Positions 41,036-53,451 of a stretch of DNA of 64,000 nucleotides are shown in pieces (positions within the stretch are counted from its first letter, which is position 1; each line of letters begins with the position of its first letter). The stretch spans positions 3,185 through 67,184 of the forward strand of contig JBEBKE010000001.1 in assembly GCA_040079555.1 (NCBI GenBank). Reading direction: 5' to 3'. The notes under the pieces are model-generated. The model worked only from the letters and a program-made list of their open reading frames with translations. It made no database searches and was not told the origin of the DNA. Source of the DNA: Sphingorhabdus sp. (GTDB taxonomy: Bacteria > Pseudomonadota > Alphaproteobacteria > Sphingomonadales > Sphingomonadaceae). A program made the position numbers and the translations under genes.

Positions 41036-41509
41036 TTAGCTCGCACGAAGACACGAAGACATGAAGGAACTACCCATCTATTTTTCCGTAATAATCATTA
41101 GCGAGACGTTTGAAGCCACCCACAAAAGTGGCTTGGCCAAAATTCATGAGAAACCCCAACGGTAGTTTTGCCAACCGGATATAGGTCAGAACTTGTTTCG
41201 CGTGTACCGGAGCAAAATGCTCTGTTGATTTCAGTTCGATCAAAAGTTTGTTTTCAACAATTAGATCCGCTCGAAACATTTCATCAAACGCCTTACCACG
41301 AAAAACAACTGGTATGATTTTTTGTCGTTCGACAAAAAGCCCCTGCTCCAAAAGCACATCAGACAGGACTGCTTCGTAAACGCTTTCCAACAAGCCCGGG
41401 CCAAGTTCCTTATGCAACTCCAAACCCGCATTAAACACGATCTTCGCTAAAGCCTCAAGATCGTCCAAAACAACGCTCCTTCATGCCTTCGTGTCTTCGT
41501 GCGAGCTAA
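41036..41509 (-). mobile_element. Putative GxxExxY element bounded by 33-bp inverted repeats
   Basis: 41036-41068 TTAGCTCGCACGAAGACACGAAGACATGAAGGA and 41477-41509 (reverse complement, 32/33 identical) enclose only the GxxExxY gene. Confidence 0.7.
41070..41468 (-). CDS. GxxExxY protein (PD-(D/E)xK nuclease-like)
   Basis: LGPGLLESVY, RADLIVE, IELKS, QVLTY, LMNFG; TTG start after GAAGGAG. Confidence 0.93.
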   Translation of the reverse strand: MDDLEALAKIVFNAGLELHKELGPGLLESVYEAVLSDVLLEQGLFVERQKIIPVVFRGKAFDEMFRADLIVENKLLIELKSTEHFAPVHAKQVLTYIRLAKLPLGFLMNFGQATFVGGFKRLANDYYGKIDG

Positions 41510-41511
41510 CT

Positions 41512-42528
41512 CTACTCAACCGTCCAAGTTTGCCCCTTGCCGATCAGCTTCTGCAAATCGGGCACTTTGCCCTCAGACAGTTTCGCATTCTGCTCGGTCA
41601 CTGCCGCATCAAACGTCGGCCGCGGATCGTCGTACAACACGCCCAGCGCCATCGGGAATTCGCCGAATGGCATCTCAACGAGCATATGCGCGATGGAGCG
41701 GTTGGTGACGTTGTGGACGATTACTCCCGCCGCTTCCCAATCGCCATCGACCACATCGACGACTTTCAGGTTCAACGCGTCAACGTCCAAGGCAATGCCC
41801 TTGGTGCCTTTTGCAAACAGCATCGGCTGTCCGTCATACAACCACAGCTGATGGTCCTCTGCGCCCTTTGGAATGGCGAAGGCCTCAAACACGTCTTTGT
41901 TATAAACGATGCAGTTTTGGAAAATCTCGATGAACGCCGCGCCGCGGTGCGCATGCGCCGCCTTCAAAACCTCCGGCAGGTTTTTGGAGATATCAAAGCC
42001 GCGTGCCACAAAGCGCGCACCTGAACCCAGCGCAAAGGCACAAGGATTGGCGGGGCGATCGACCGAACCAGACGGCGTCGTTGGGCTGGTTGTGCCAACG
42101 CGGCTGGTCGGTGAATATTGCCCCTTGGTCAGGCCATAAATCTCGTTATTAAACAGCATGATCTGGCAATCCAGATTACGGCGCAGTAAATGCATCGTGT
42201 GGTTGCCACCAATCGACAACGCGTCACCATCGCCGGTGATAATCCACACATCCAAATCAGGATTGGCCAGCTTCACCCCCGTCGCCACCGCAGGCGCGCG
42301 GCCGTGGATGGTGTGGAAGCCGTATGTTTCCATATAATAGGGAAAGCGCGAAGAGCAGCCGATGCCCGAGATGAACACGGTGTTTTCCGGCGTGCTTCCC
42401 AGTTCCGGCATCGTGCGCTGCACAGCCTTTAGGATCGCATAGTCACCGCAACCGGGGCACCAGCGGACTTCCTGATCAGTCTCCCAATCTTTGGGTGACG
42501 ATTTCTGGATGGGGGTCATGTCATTCAT
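41512..42528 (-). CDS. korB: 2-oxoacid:ferredoxin oxidoreductase beta subunit
   Basis: WCPGCGDY, GIGCSSR, GDGD...NN TPP motif, YGLTKGQ. Confidence 0.93.
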   Translation of the reverse strand: MNDMTPIQKSSPKDWETDQEVRWCPGCGDYAILKAVQRTMPELGSTPENTVFISGIGCSSRFPYYMETYGFHTIHGRAPAVATGVKLANPDLDVWIITGDGDALSIGGNHTMHLLRRNLDCQIMLFNNEIYGLTKGQYSPTSRVGTTSPTTPSGSVDRPANPCAFALGSGARFVARGFDISKNLPEVLKAAHAHRGAAFIEIFQNCIVYNKDVFEAFAIPKGAEDHQLWLYDGQPMLFAKGTKGIALDVDALNLKVVDVVDGDWEAAGVIVHNVTNRSIAHMLVEMPFGEFPMALGVLYDDPRPTFDAAVTEQNAKLSEGKVPDLQKLIGKGQTWTVE

Positions 42529-42541
42529 TTTGAATTCCAAA

Positions 42542-42871
42542 CTACTTTATCAATGCAGCGATTACGGATGGAGCGGCTTTTACGATTGTATCGACCGTCA
42601 AACCGACGCCCTTTTCGCTCAAGTGAGTTTTAATTTTCTGCCAAGTTTGCTTTGGTCTAATAGTTTCGGCAAATTCGTGTCCATCAAACGTTAGTCGAAT
42701 TGGACCGAGCTTACGGTAGTATTCCGGAAAAACTTCGACGCCAGTGAGGTAGTTTTTTTGGACGAGCATTTCCAAGTGATACATTTCTTTCGGATTCAAT
42801 GAATCCCAGTCTAAATTTTCGTCAGAAATGTCGATCATAAGCTGCCGAATAAGATCCATGTCCCGCTGCAT
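42542..42871 (-). CDS. DUF2513-like (winged-helix) protein
   Basis: MQRDMDLIRQL, YHLEML, RLTFDGHEFAETIR...WQK; AT-richer; TGATG coupling. Confidence 0.82.
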   Translation of the reverse strand: MQRDMDLIRQLMIDISDENLDWDSLNPKEMYHLEMLVQKNYLTGVEVFPEYYRKLGPIRLTFDGHEFAETIRPKQTWQKIKTHLSEKGVGLTVDTIVKAAPSVIAALIK

Positions 42872-44757
42872 CAGTTCAGGACTTCCTCAATCGCCGCTTC
42901 AATCTCAGCAATCCTAAACGGCTGCCCCGACACCTTATTCAGCGGCCTTGCATCCACCAAAAACTGATCGCGCAGCACGGTCTTGAACTGCCCCGTGTTC
43001 ATTTCGGGCACAATCACCTTGTCATAGCTTTTCAGCAGATCGCCCAAATTCTTTGGCATGGGCCAGATGTGGCGGACGTGGATGTGGCTTACGTCATGGC
43101 CCTTAGCACGCATACGGCGGACGGCCTGATGGATCGGGCCAAAGGTGGAGCCCCAGCCGACAATGGCGAGCTTGCCGCCCTCGGTTCCAAGGCACACCTC
43201 TTGGTCGGGAATATGCGTCGCAACGCCATCGACTTTGCCTTTGCGCAGGTCGGTCATCGCTTGGTGGTTGGCCGCGCCATAGTTGAGATGGCCGGTATCG
43301 ACCTCTTTCTCGATCCCGCCAATGCGGTGCAGCAATCCGGGTGTGCCGGGCTTTACCCACGGACGCGCCAATTTATCATCGCGGCCATAGGGTTTGAATC
43401 CACCCTCTGGCACATGGTCGAGGAAGGTCACAGGAAACGGCTTATATGTCGCCATATCGGGAACCTTCCACGGCTCCGCCGCATTGGCGATATAGCCGTC
43501 GGTCAGCAGAATTACCGGCGTCATAAACTGCGTCGCAATCCGCACCGCCTCAATCGCGCAATCGAACACGTCGCTGGGCGAGCGTGCCGCAATCACCGGC
43601 ATCGGCGTGTCGCCATTACGGCCATAGACCGCCTGATACAGATCGGACTGTTCGGTCTTTGTGGGCAGACCCGTCGATGGTCCGCCACGCTGCGAATTGA
43701 TAATCACCAAAGGCAATTCGGTCATCACCGCAAGCCCCATCGCCTCTGTCTTCAACGCAATCCCCGGCCCAGACGAAGACGTGACGCCCAGCTGCCCTGC
43801 ATAGGATGCGCCAATAGCCGAGGCGATGGCGGCAATCTCGTCCTCCGCCTGAAAAGTGGTGACGCCATATTCTTTGTATTTCACCAAAGCATGCAGGATC
43901 GAGCTGGCTGGCGTAATCGGATAGCCGCCAAAAAACATCTTCACACCCGCCAACTGGCAACCGGCGACAAGCCCAAGCGCAGCGGCATCGGCACCGTTGA
44001 TCGTGCGGTAAAGCCCTGCATCAACCGGCGCAGCACCCACATGACGGCGCGGGATAGCGACCGAACCGGGATTGCCGATTTCGGCAGTCTCGCCATACAC
44101 ATGACCCGCATTCAACGCGGCGATATTGGCGTCGGCAAGGATCGGCTTCTTGGCAAACTTATCGCGCAACCATTGCTCAATCGGCGCGCGGTCGCGGTCA
44201 AACATCCAAAGCGCCAGACCCAGCGTCCACATATTTTTACACCGCAGCGCGTCTTTATTGCCAAGCCCGAACGGCTTCACCGCCTCAATCGTCAGCGCCG
44301 AAATATCGAACTGCACCAGCTGCCATTTGCCCAGCGAGTCATCCTCCAAAGGGTTGACCGCATATTGCGCTTTAGAAAGGTTGCGGGCGTTGAACTCGCC
44401 ACTATCAGCGATAATCAAACCGCCGAGTTTCAAGTCCACAACATTGGTTTTCAACGCCGCCGGATTCATCGCCACCAGAACGTCAGGCGCATCGCCAGCG
44501 GTCTCGATATCGGACGCGCCAAAGTTGATCTGAAACGCCGAGACACCAAACAAAGTCCCTTGCGGCGCGCGGATTTCAGCCGGAAAATCGGGGAAAGTTG
44601 CAAAGTCATTGCCCGACAAAGCCGCCGACAGTGTGAACTGACCACCGGTCAACTGCATCCCATCGCCCGAGTCTCCCGCAAAGCGGACGACGACGGATTC
44701 AGGGTTCATATTGTCGGCTGGAGTCTGGGTATCGATGCTGCTGGCGGCAGTTGCCAT
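42871..44757 (-). CDS. korA: 2-oxoacid:acceptor oxidoreductase alpha subunit
   Basis: FAGDSGDG, YPITP, QAEDE, QRGGPSTGLPTK. Confidence 0.93.
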   Translation of the reverse strand: MATAASSIDTQTPADNMNPESVVVRFAGDSGDGMQLTGGQFTLSAALSGNDFATFPDFPAEIRAPQGTLFGVSAFQINFGASDIETAGDAPDVLVAMNPAALKTNVVDLKLGGLIIADSGEFNARNLSKAQYAVNPLEDDSLGKWQLVQFDISALTIEAVKPFGLGNKDALRCKNMWTLGLALWMFDRDRAPIEQWLRDKFAKKPILADANIAALNAGHVYGETAEIGNPGSVAIPRRHVGAAPVDAGLYRTINGADAAALGLVAGCQLAGVKMFFGGYPITPASSILHALVKYKEYGVTTFQAEDEIAAIASAIGASYAGQLGVTSSSGPGIALKTEAMGLAVMTELPLVIINSQRGGPSTGLPTKTEQSDLYQAVYGRNGDTPMPVIAARSPSDVFDCAIEAVRIATQFMTPVILLTDGYIANAAEPWKVPDMATYKPFPVTFLDHVPEGGFKPYGRDDKLARPWVKPGTPGLLHRIGGIEKEVDTGHLNYGAANHQAMTDLRKGKVDGVATHIPDQEVCLGTEGGKLAIVGWGSTFGPIHQAVRRMRAKGHDVSHIHVRHIWPMPKNLGDLLKSYDKVIVPEMNTGQFKTVLRDQFLVDARPLNKVSGQPFRIAEIEAAIEEVLN

Positions 44758-44920
44758 TTCGTAAAATCCCGCAATTTTAATTGTGTTGTTAAATGGCCTT
44801 ATGCGCGCTTTTGCGTCAAATCCAAATAGGAAATCTGTCTATGGCGACAGTCAGGCTTTGTCATAGACGCCGCCACCGCTTCCCGATATGCCCTGCGCAA
44901 CAAAGCGCGGGAGAGAAAAG

Positions 44921-45874
44921 ATGAGCGACCATTTCATACAGCCGGATGTTGCTGCATTCCTGACATTTTTGAATGCCCAGCCCGGGCCAAAGATGAGCGA
45001 AATGTCGACCGAAGAAGCGCGCATGTCGATGGTGGTGCTCGGTTCATTGGCAGAGGCCGACATGGGCCCGCTGGCGGTTATCCGCGATCTTTCTATTCCC
45101 GGACCAGCGGGAAACATCCCTGCCCGGCTATATGATGCGCAGGACAATCGCGGCCCGGGGCCAGTCATGATATTCTATCACGGCGGCGGGTTCACCATTG
45201 GCGACCTAGACATTTACGGTCCCTATTGCGCAGAGGCAGCGCGGCAATTGGATATGCCAGTGATCTCCATCGATTATCGCCTAGCCCCCGAACACCGCTT
45301 TCCCGCCGCTGCCGTCGATTGCGAAGCGGCGACGCGGTGGATCGCCGAAAGCCCGGCGGAACTGGGCCTGCAAGTCACCGGCCTTGTTCCATCAGGCGAC
45401 AGCGCAGGCGGTAATTTGACCATCGTAACCACCATGGCACTGCGCGACAATCCAGCTGCAGTTCCGGTATTAGTGCAGCATCCGATCTATCCCGTGGTCA
45501 GCAACAGCGACGATTGGCAAAGCATGCGCGATTTCGCCGATGGCTATTTGCTGACCGCCGATTCCATGGCCTATTTCACTGAAGCTTATCAGGCCGATGG
45601 CAGTGACTATCGCGGGGCGCCGCTGAATTTCGATCACACCGGAATGCCGCCGTCATTGGTGACAACCGCCAGCCTTGATCCATTGCGCGACCAAGGCATC
45701 GCCTATGTCGAGGCGTTGAAAGCCGCGGGTGTGGATGTTGAATATCGCAGTGCAGAGGGCAACATTCACGGCCATATCACTCTGCGCAAAGCGATCCCGT
45801 CGGCGCAACAAGAAGTAACAGGCAACTTTAATGCCTTGAAGCGAATGCTCGCAGAGGTCATGGCGACCGCATGA
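44921..45874 (+). CDS. HSL-family alpha/beta hydrolase (esterase)
   Basis: HGGG, DYRLAPEH, GDSAGG, DPLRD, HG. Confidence 0.93.
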   Translation: MSDHFIQPDVAAFLTFLNAQPGPKMSEMSTEEARMSMVVLGSLAEADMGPLAVIRDLSIPGPAGNIPARLYDAQDNRGPGPVMIFYHGGGFTIGDLDIYGPYCAEAARQLDMPVISIDYRLAPEHRFPAAAVDCEAATRWIAESPAELGLQVTGLVPSGDSAGGNLTIVTTMALRDNPAAVPVLVQHPIYPVVSNSDDWQSMRDFADGYLLTADSMAYFTEAYQADGSDYRGAPLNFDHTGMPPSLVTTASLDPLRDQGIAYVEALKAAGVDVEYRSAEGNIHGHITLRKAIPSAQQEVTGNFNALKRMLAEVMATA

Positions 45875-46350
45875 CATCACAAGAATCGCTTCCCTACCGT
45901 CCATGCGCGGGCATCATGCTTGCCAACCGTGACGGCAAAATCTTTGTTGGCCAACGTATAGATAGCCGCAGCAACATCGCCTGGCAGATGCCGCAAGGCG
46001 GGATTGACGACGGCGAAGAGGCCGAGGATGCCGCTTTGCGCGAGTTGGAAGAAGAAACCGGGATTTCCCGTGATCTGGTCGATATTCTTGCGCGGTCGAA
46101 AGAAGAATATTTCTATGACTTGCCGGAAGAGCTGGTTGGAAAGCTATGGAACGGCCAATGGCGCGGACAGCGGCAACATTGGTTTCTGATGCGGTTCAAA
46201 GGCGATGACAGCAACGTTAACATTGCCACAGCGCATCAGGAATTTTCCGAATGGCAATGGGTCGAGCCAGCGCAATTGCCTGACCTGATCGTGCCGTTTA
46301 AGCGGCGGCTGTATGAAGGGCTGGTTGCGGAATTCGGCGCGTTGGTTTGA
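45871..46350 (+). CDS. rppH: RNA pyrophosphohydrolase
   Basis: YRPCAG, WQMPQGGID...RELEEETG Nudix box, GQRQHWF, VPFKR. Confidence 0.94.
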   Translation: MTSQESLPYRPCAGIMLANRDGKIFVGQRIDSRSNIAWQMPQGGIDDGEEAEDAALRELEEETGISRDLVDILARSKEEYFYDLPEELVGKLWNGQWRGQRQHWFLMRFKGDDSNVNIATAHQEFSEWQWVEPAQLPDLIVPFKRRLYEGLVAEFGALV

Positions 46351-46429
46351 GGACGGCGCGGACTTTGTTCGAAATCAACCGATTTCAAAGCGTCCGTTGG
46401 TAACGTCTATCATACAACCAAACCCACCC

Positions 46430-46503
46430 CGTCGCCCCGTGCTTAGGCTTTTAACGGTTGTTGGCGAACTCAAGCCAAGCCCCGTGTCAAGCACGGGGCG
46501 ACG
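46430..46503. repeat. REPIN-like paired palindrome (CGTCGCCCCGTGCTTGACACGGGG family), left arm truncated
   Basis: CGTCGCCCCGTGCTT at 46430 and inverted GCCCCGTGTCAAGCACGGGGCGACG ending at 46503. Confidence 0.8.
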
Positions 46504-46554
46504 AATTCGGAAAGTACGCCGGCAGTTTTTTGGAAAATGCAGAAGCAAACACCC

Positions 46555-47079
46555 TTACTCCTTCTTCGTCTCAACTTCACCCACCACCGGCTTAATCTCA
46601 ACTGCGCTCGCCTGAACCACCGGCTTTTCCGTCGCCTTATCGATCGACACAGCCAACCGGTCCACGCCCGAACAATCAGTGCGGCACAATATCCGCAGCC
46701 GCGCCAAATTCTTTTGCGCTGCCTCTATCGCGCCCTTCGCCACCATCACTTCGCTTTGTGCTGCCAGGATTGCTTGGTCGTTGGGATCGATTTCCAACGC
46801 TTCGCGATAAAACCGAATCGCTTTGCCTTTCAGCCCCTGTTTTTCGGCAACCTTTGCCAAACCAACATAGGCCGCGCGGTTTAGCGGGTCGACGGCCAGC
46901 GCGGTTTCAAACCAGCCCATTGCCGCATCGGTATCGCCCAATTTTAACGCGGCGTCCCCTTGCACAGCCAAGGCCATGGATTGCGGATCAATCTGCGCAT
47001 CGGGCTTTTTCCCGATACTCATGCTGGAGGCTGTGGCTAATAACAACGACAGGGCAATGGCGGCTGGAGAAAAACGCAT
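46555..47079 (-). CDS. Exported TPR protein
   Basis: Signal peptide MRFSPAAIALS; ALAVDP and ALEIDPN TPR motifs; start 47079-47094. Confidence 0.85.
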   Translation of the reverse strand: MRFSPAAIALSLLLATASSMSIGKKPDAQIDPQSMALAVQGDAALKLGDTDAAMGWFETALAVDPLNRAAYVGLAKVAEKQGLKGKAIRFYREALEIDPNDQAILAAQSEVMVAKGAIEAAQKNLARLRILCRTDCSGVDRLAVSIDKATEKPVVQASAVEIKPVVGEVETKKE

Positions 47080-47114
47080 GATCATAGTCCACATATGGTT
47101 CTGCCCCCCGGCTA

Positions 47115-48296
47115 TCACAGCTTTCGTATGCGTGCGAAGAAAAATCCGTCGCATTCATCATGCGCGGGGGTGAGCAGCACGCCAGCGCCATAATTGCGGC
47201 CTGTTGGCAGCGCCGTTATCGGTTCGGCGACCCAGCCTTTATTGTCGTTGAGGAACATATCAACTTGCGCTTTGCCCTCTGCATCCAAGACCGAGCACAC
47301 CGCGTAAACCAGATGCCCGCCGGGCGCGACCATTTCGGCGGCGATGCGCAGCAGCTTTGCCTGTTCTTCGATCACGCGTTTCAGCCGCGCTTCGTTTAGC
47401 CGCCAACGCGTCTCAGGGCTGCGCCGCCACGTACCGGTGCCAGAGCAAGGCGCATCGACCAGCACAAGGTCACAGCCGCCGCGAAGCGCGTCCATCATCG
47501 CCAGTTCTTTGCCGGGATTCAGCAACAACACTTCGACAAAGTCCGCCCCTGCCCGCTGCACTCTAGGCCGCAATTGATCGAGGCGATTGCGGTTGGTGTC
47601 AGTTGCGATCAGCTGCCCTTTGCCTTGCATCGCGGCGGCGAGCGCCAGTGTTTTGCCACCTGCCCCGGCGCACAGATCAAGCACCGTTTGCCCTGGCTTC
47701 ACATCACAGGCAGCCACAATCAATTGGCTGCCATAATCCTGCACCTCTATCAGCCCGCGATTAAACGCGGCATGATTGTCGAGCACGAAATCGGTCGGCA
47801 AGCGCAAAGCGTCTGGCAAGGCCAAAGGCTGCGCCTCGGGCAATTCTGCCAATACGGCGGCACGGTCAGACAGCAGCGTGTTCACCCGCACGTCCAGCGG
47901 CGCGCGCTCCATCAAGGCGCGTTGTTCAGCCTCATCGATTGGTTCAGCAAACTGGCCATTCAGCCATGCCGGAAGCAATGCGCCCGACGCTCTTGGCTCG
48001 TCCGGCATGATCGCTGCTGCGCCATAGCCACTGCCGTCAAAACTTTCGGCAAGAATCGCGTCTTGATCGGCCAATGCGACCATCGCCGCGCGACCGTTTA
48101 CTGGCCGTTCGCCAAAGCTGCGGATCGCGCGCCAAACGAGTTCGCGAACGGCACGCCGGTCTTTCGACCCTGCATAGCGTCGCCCTGCAAAAAAACGTTT
48201 GGCGATGTGATCGGCGGCGGAACCATTGTCGCGCGCGGCCCCAATAATCTCATCGAGCAAATCTATAGCCGCTTGTACGCGGGCGGATGGTGTCAC
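47115..48296 (-). CDS. RsmB/NOP family RNA m5C methyltransferase
   Basis: EVQDYGSQ, DLCAGAGGKT, VDAPCSGTG, YAVCS. Confidence 0.93.
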   Translation of the reverse strand: MTPSARVQAAIDLLDEIIGAARDNGSAADHIAKRFFAGRRYAGSKDRRAVRELVWRAIRSFGERPVNGRAAMVALADQDAILAESFDGSGYGAAAIMPDEPRASGALLPAWLNGQFAEPIDEAEQRALMERAPLDVRVNTLLSDRAAVLAELPEAQPLALPDALRLPTDFVLDNHAAFNRGLIEVQDYGSQLIVAACDVKPGQTVLDLCAGAGGKTLALAAAMQGKGQLIATDTNRNRLDQLRPRVQRAGADFVEVLLLNPGKELAMMDALRGGCDLVLVDAPCSGTGTWRRSPETRWRLNEARLKRVIEEQAKLLRIAAEMVAPGGHLVYAVCSVLDAEGKAQVDMFLNDNKGWVAEPITALPTGRNYGAGVLLTPAHDECDGFFFARIRKL

Positions 48297-48586
48297 TTTT
48301 GTTCCTCAATTTCGCCTTCGGCAGCTTTCTTGCCTTGGGCTTTCAGCCATTCCTGCCACGCAATGTCGGTTTCGGTTCCCGATGCGGATCGAATGCACTG
48401 AAATTTCACCGTTGGCGATCCCCGTTCATCGACATAGAGTTCGCGATGCGCCGCAATCTCGCGACCTTCGGCCTCGCATGCCTCGATAGAATGATAGGCT
48501 ATCTCTGCCCGCTCTATCTCCATTTTCTCTGGCTGGCCGGGATACCAAGCAACCAGCACAAGAATATAGGGGACAAATTCTTCCAG
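48293..48586 (-). CDS. Small hypothetical protein, possible CTG start
   Basis: Frame is open from CTG 48586 (EEFVPYILVLVAW) after AGGA; GTG 48559 is the alternative; stop overlaps the RsmB start. Confidence 0.6.
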   Translation of the reverse strand: MEEFVPYILVLVAWYPGQPEKMEIERAEIAYHSIEACEAEGREIAAHRELYVDERGSPTVKFQCIRSASGTETDIAWQEWLKAQGKKAAEGEIEEQK

Positions 48587-48595
48587 AAATATTTC

Positions 48596-51633
<3,038 letters not shown>

Positions 51634-51763
51634 GACTGATACTGTTGCGTCCTATAACGACAGTTGCGCAGTGGTAACGCCGAAATCGACAAACACCATC
51701 CGATTTCGCTTGTGAAGCAACTGCATATTGGTGACATTGCGCGGCATAAACAGGAGGAAGTCG

Positions 51764-52681
51764 ATGGAAGGTTTTGTTCTCGCGCTTTTGGTCGTCGCGA
51801 TCATATTTGTTCTGATGGGCGTCACCGTCGTCCGCCAAGGCTATGCCTATACGATTGAACGCTTTGGCCGCTTCACCCATGTGGCGATGCCGGGCTTTAA
51901 CTTCATCCTGCCCTTTATCGACCGCGTGGGTCGTAAAGTGAATGTGATGGAGCAAGTGCTCGACATTCCGGGCCAAGAAATCATCACCAAGGATAATGCG
52001 ATGGTCGGCGTTGACGCCGTCGTGTTCTTCCAAGTGCTCGATGCCGCAAAGGCCGCGTATGAAGTCTCCGACCTCTATGTCGCGATTATGCAGATCACCA
52101 CAACCAACCTGCGCACAGTCATGGGCTCAATGGACTTGGATGAAACCTTGTCAAAACGTGACGATATCAACGGGCGTCTGCTCGGTGTGGTCGATCACGC
52201 GACCAGCCCTTGGGGCCTGAAAATTACCCGCGTTGAAGTCAAAGACATCCGCCCACCCGCCGATATCTCCAACGCAATGGCGCGGCAGATGAAGGCCGAA
52301 CGTGAAAAGCGCGCGCAAATTTTAGAAGCCGAAGGGATGCGCGCCGCCGAAATCCTGCGCGCCGAGGGCGAAAAGCAAGGCCAGATCCTGCAAGCCGAGG
52401 GCCGCCGCGAAGCTGCCTTCCGCGACGCCGAAGCGCGCGAACGCGAAGCCGAGGCTGAGGCGAAAGCCACCGAAATGGTCTCCAGCGCGATTGCCAGCAG
52501 CGGCAGCCAAGCGATCAACTATTTCGTTGCGCAAAAATATGTTGAGGCCATCGGCATGTTCGCCACCTCACCCAATGCCAAAACGATCCTGTTCCCCGTC
52601 GAGGCAACCGCCTTAATCGGCACGCTGGGCGGCATTGGCGAGATTGCCAAGGAAGCACTCAGCAGCGATAAGGGTAAGTAA
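51764..52681 (+). CDS. SPFH/band-7 protein (QmcA-like)
   Basis: ERFGRF, QEIITKDNA, QMKAEREKRA, AEG repeats. Confidence 0.93.
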   Translation: MEGFVLALLVVAIIFVLMGVTVVRQGYAYTIERFGRFTHVAMPGFNFILPFIDRVGRKVNVMEQVLDIPGQEIITKDNAMVGVDAVVFFQVLDAAKAAYEVSDLYVAIMQITTTNLRTVMGSMDLDETLSKRDDINGRLLGVVDHATSPWGLKITRVEVKDIRPPADISNAMARQMKAEREKRAQILEAEGMRAAEILRAEGEKQGQILQAEGRREAAFRDAEAREREAEAEAKATEMVSSAIASSGSQAINYFVAQKYVEAIGMFATSPNAKTILFPVEATALIGTLGGIGEIAKEALSSDKGK

Positions 52682-52682
52682 C

Positions 52683-53129
52683 ATGAGCGAATGGCTAAGC
52701 ACACTGCAACAACATTGGTTCTGGCTTTCTTTGGGCTTCATCCTTGGCGCCGTCGAAATGGTCGCACCAGGATTTTTCCTGATGTGGCTGGGGCTGGCGG
52801 CAATCATCGTCGGGATGCTGACCTGGGCCTTGCCGATCAGCCTGCCGTTACAAGTCGCCCTGTTTGCGATCATATCGGTACTGACGGTCTATGCAGGTAA
52901 GAAATTCCTGAAAGACAACCCGATTGAATCGGACGACCCGATGTTAAACAACCGCGGAGCGCGGCTGACCGGCGAAATCGTCACGGTGATCGAAGCCATC
53001 ACCGACGGCCATGGCCGTGTTAGGGTTGGCGACACCGATTGGAGCGCGCGCGGGGCGGATGCGGCGGCTGGCGCAAAGGTGCGGGTTATTGGGGCCGACG
53101 GGGCGGTGCTGTTGGTGGAAAGTCTGTAA
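52683..53129 (+). CDS. NfeD-like protein (YbbJ type)
   Basis: WLSLG...EMVAPGFFLMWLG, LNNRG, GRVRVGDTDW; SPFH partner. Confidence 0.92.
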   Translation: MSEWLSTLQQHWFWLSLGFILGAVEMVAPGFFLMWLGLAAIIVGMLTWALPISLPLQVALFAIISVLTVYAGKKFLKDNPIESDDPMLNNRGARLTGEIVTVIEAITDGHGRVRVGDTDWSARGADAAAGAKVRVIGADGAVLLVESL

Positions 53130-53137
53130 GGTATTAG

Positions 53138-53169
53138 TTGACACACGACGTGTAAGACGATAGCCTACA
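53138..53169 (+). promoter_or_regulatory. higBA promoter with overlapping operator
   Basis: TTGACA-N17-TAGCCT-N6-ATG; imperfect palindrome TGTAAG-N7-CCTACA over the -10. Confidence 0.65.
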
Positions 53170-53172
53170 CAA

Positions 53173-53451
53173 ATGATCCGCTCGTTCCGTAGCAAAGCCC
53201 TTCGCCGGTTTGTCGAGCAAGGCGATGCTTCGAAGCTAAGCGTCCCTAATATCCGTCGGGTGGAAACCATCCTTGCGCGTTTGGATAGTGCGATGGTGCC
53301 GGAAGATTTGAACCTGCCCGGCTATCGATTCCACGGACTGAAAGGCAAGGATAAGGGCCGTTATGCCGTTGATGCGTCGGGCAATTGGCGGATCACATTT
53401 GGATGGGATGGCAAGGACGCCATCGATATTGACCTAGAGGATTACCACTGA
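53173..53451 (+). CDS. higB: HigB-type (RelE/ParE fold) toxin
   Basis: MIRSFRSKAL, PGYRFHGLKG, SGNWRITF, DLEDYH. Confidence 0.93.
   Translation: MIRSFRSKALRRFVEQGDASKLSVPNIRRVETILARLDSAMVPEDLNLPGYRFHGLKGKDKGRYAVDASGNWRITFGWDGKDAIDIDLEDYH

Noticed and set aside
43069-44829. 586-aa plus-strand ORF
   Set aside because: Lies antisense to korA with no recognisable motif; an expected shadow of biased codon usage.
48563-48579. AATATAGGGGACAAATT as another copy of the GTGTCCCC boundary motif
   Set aside because: Lies inside the probable coding N-terminus and matches weakly.
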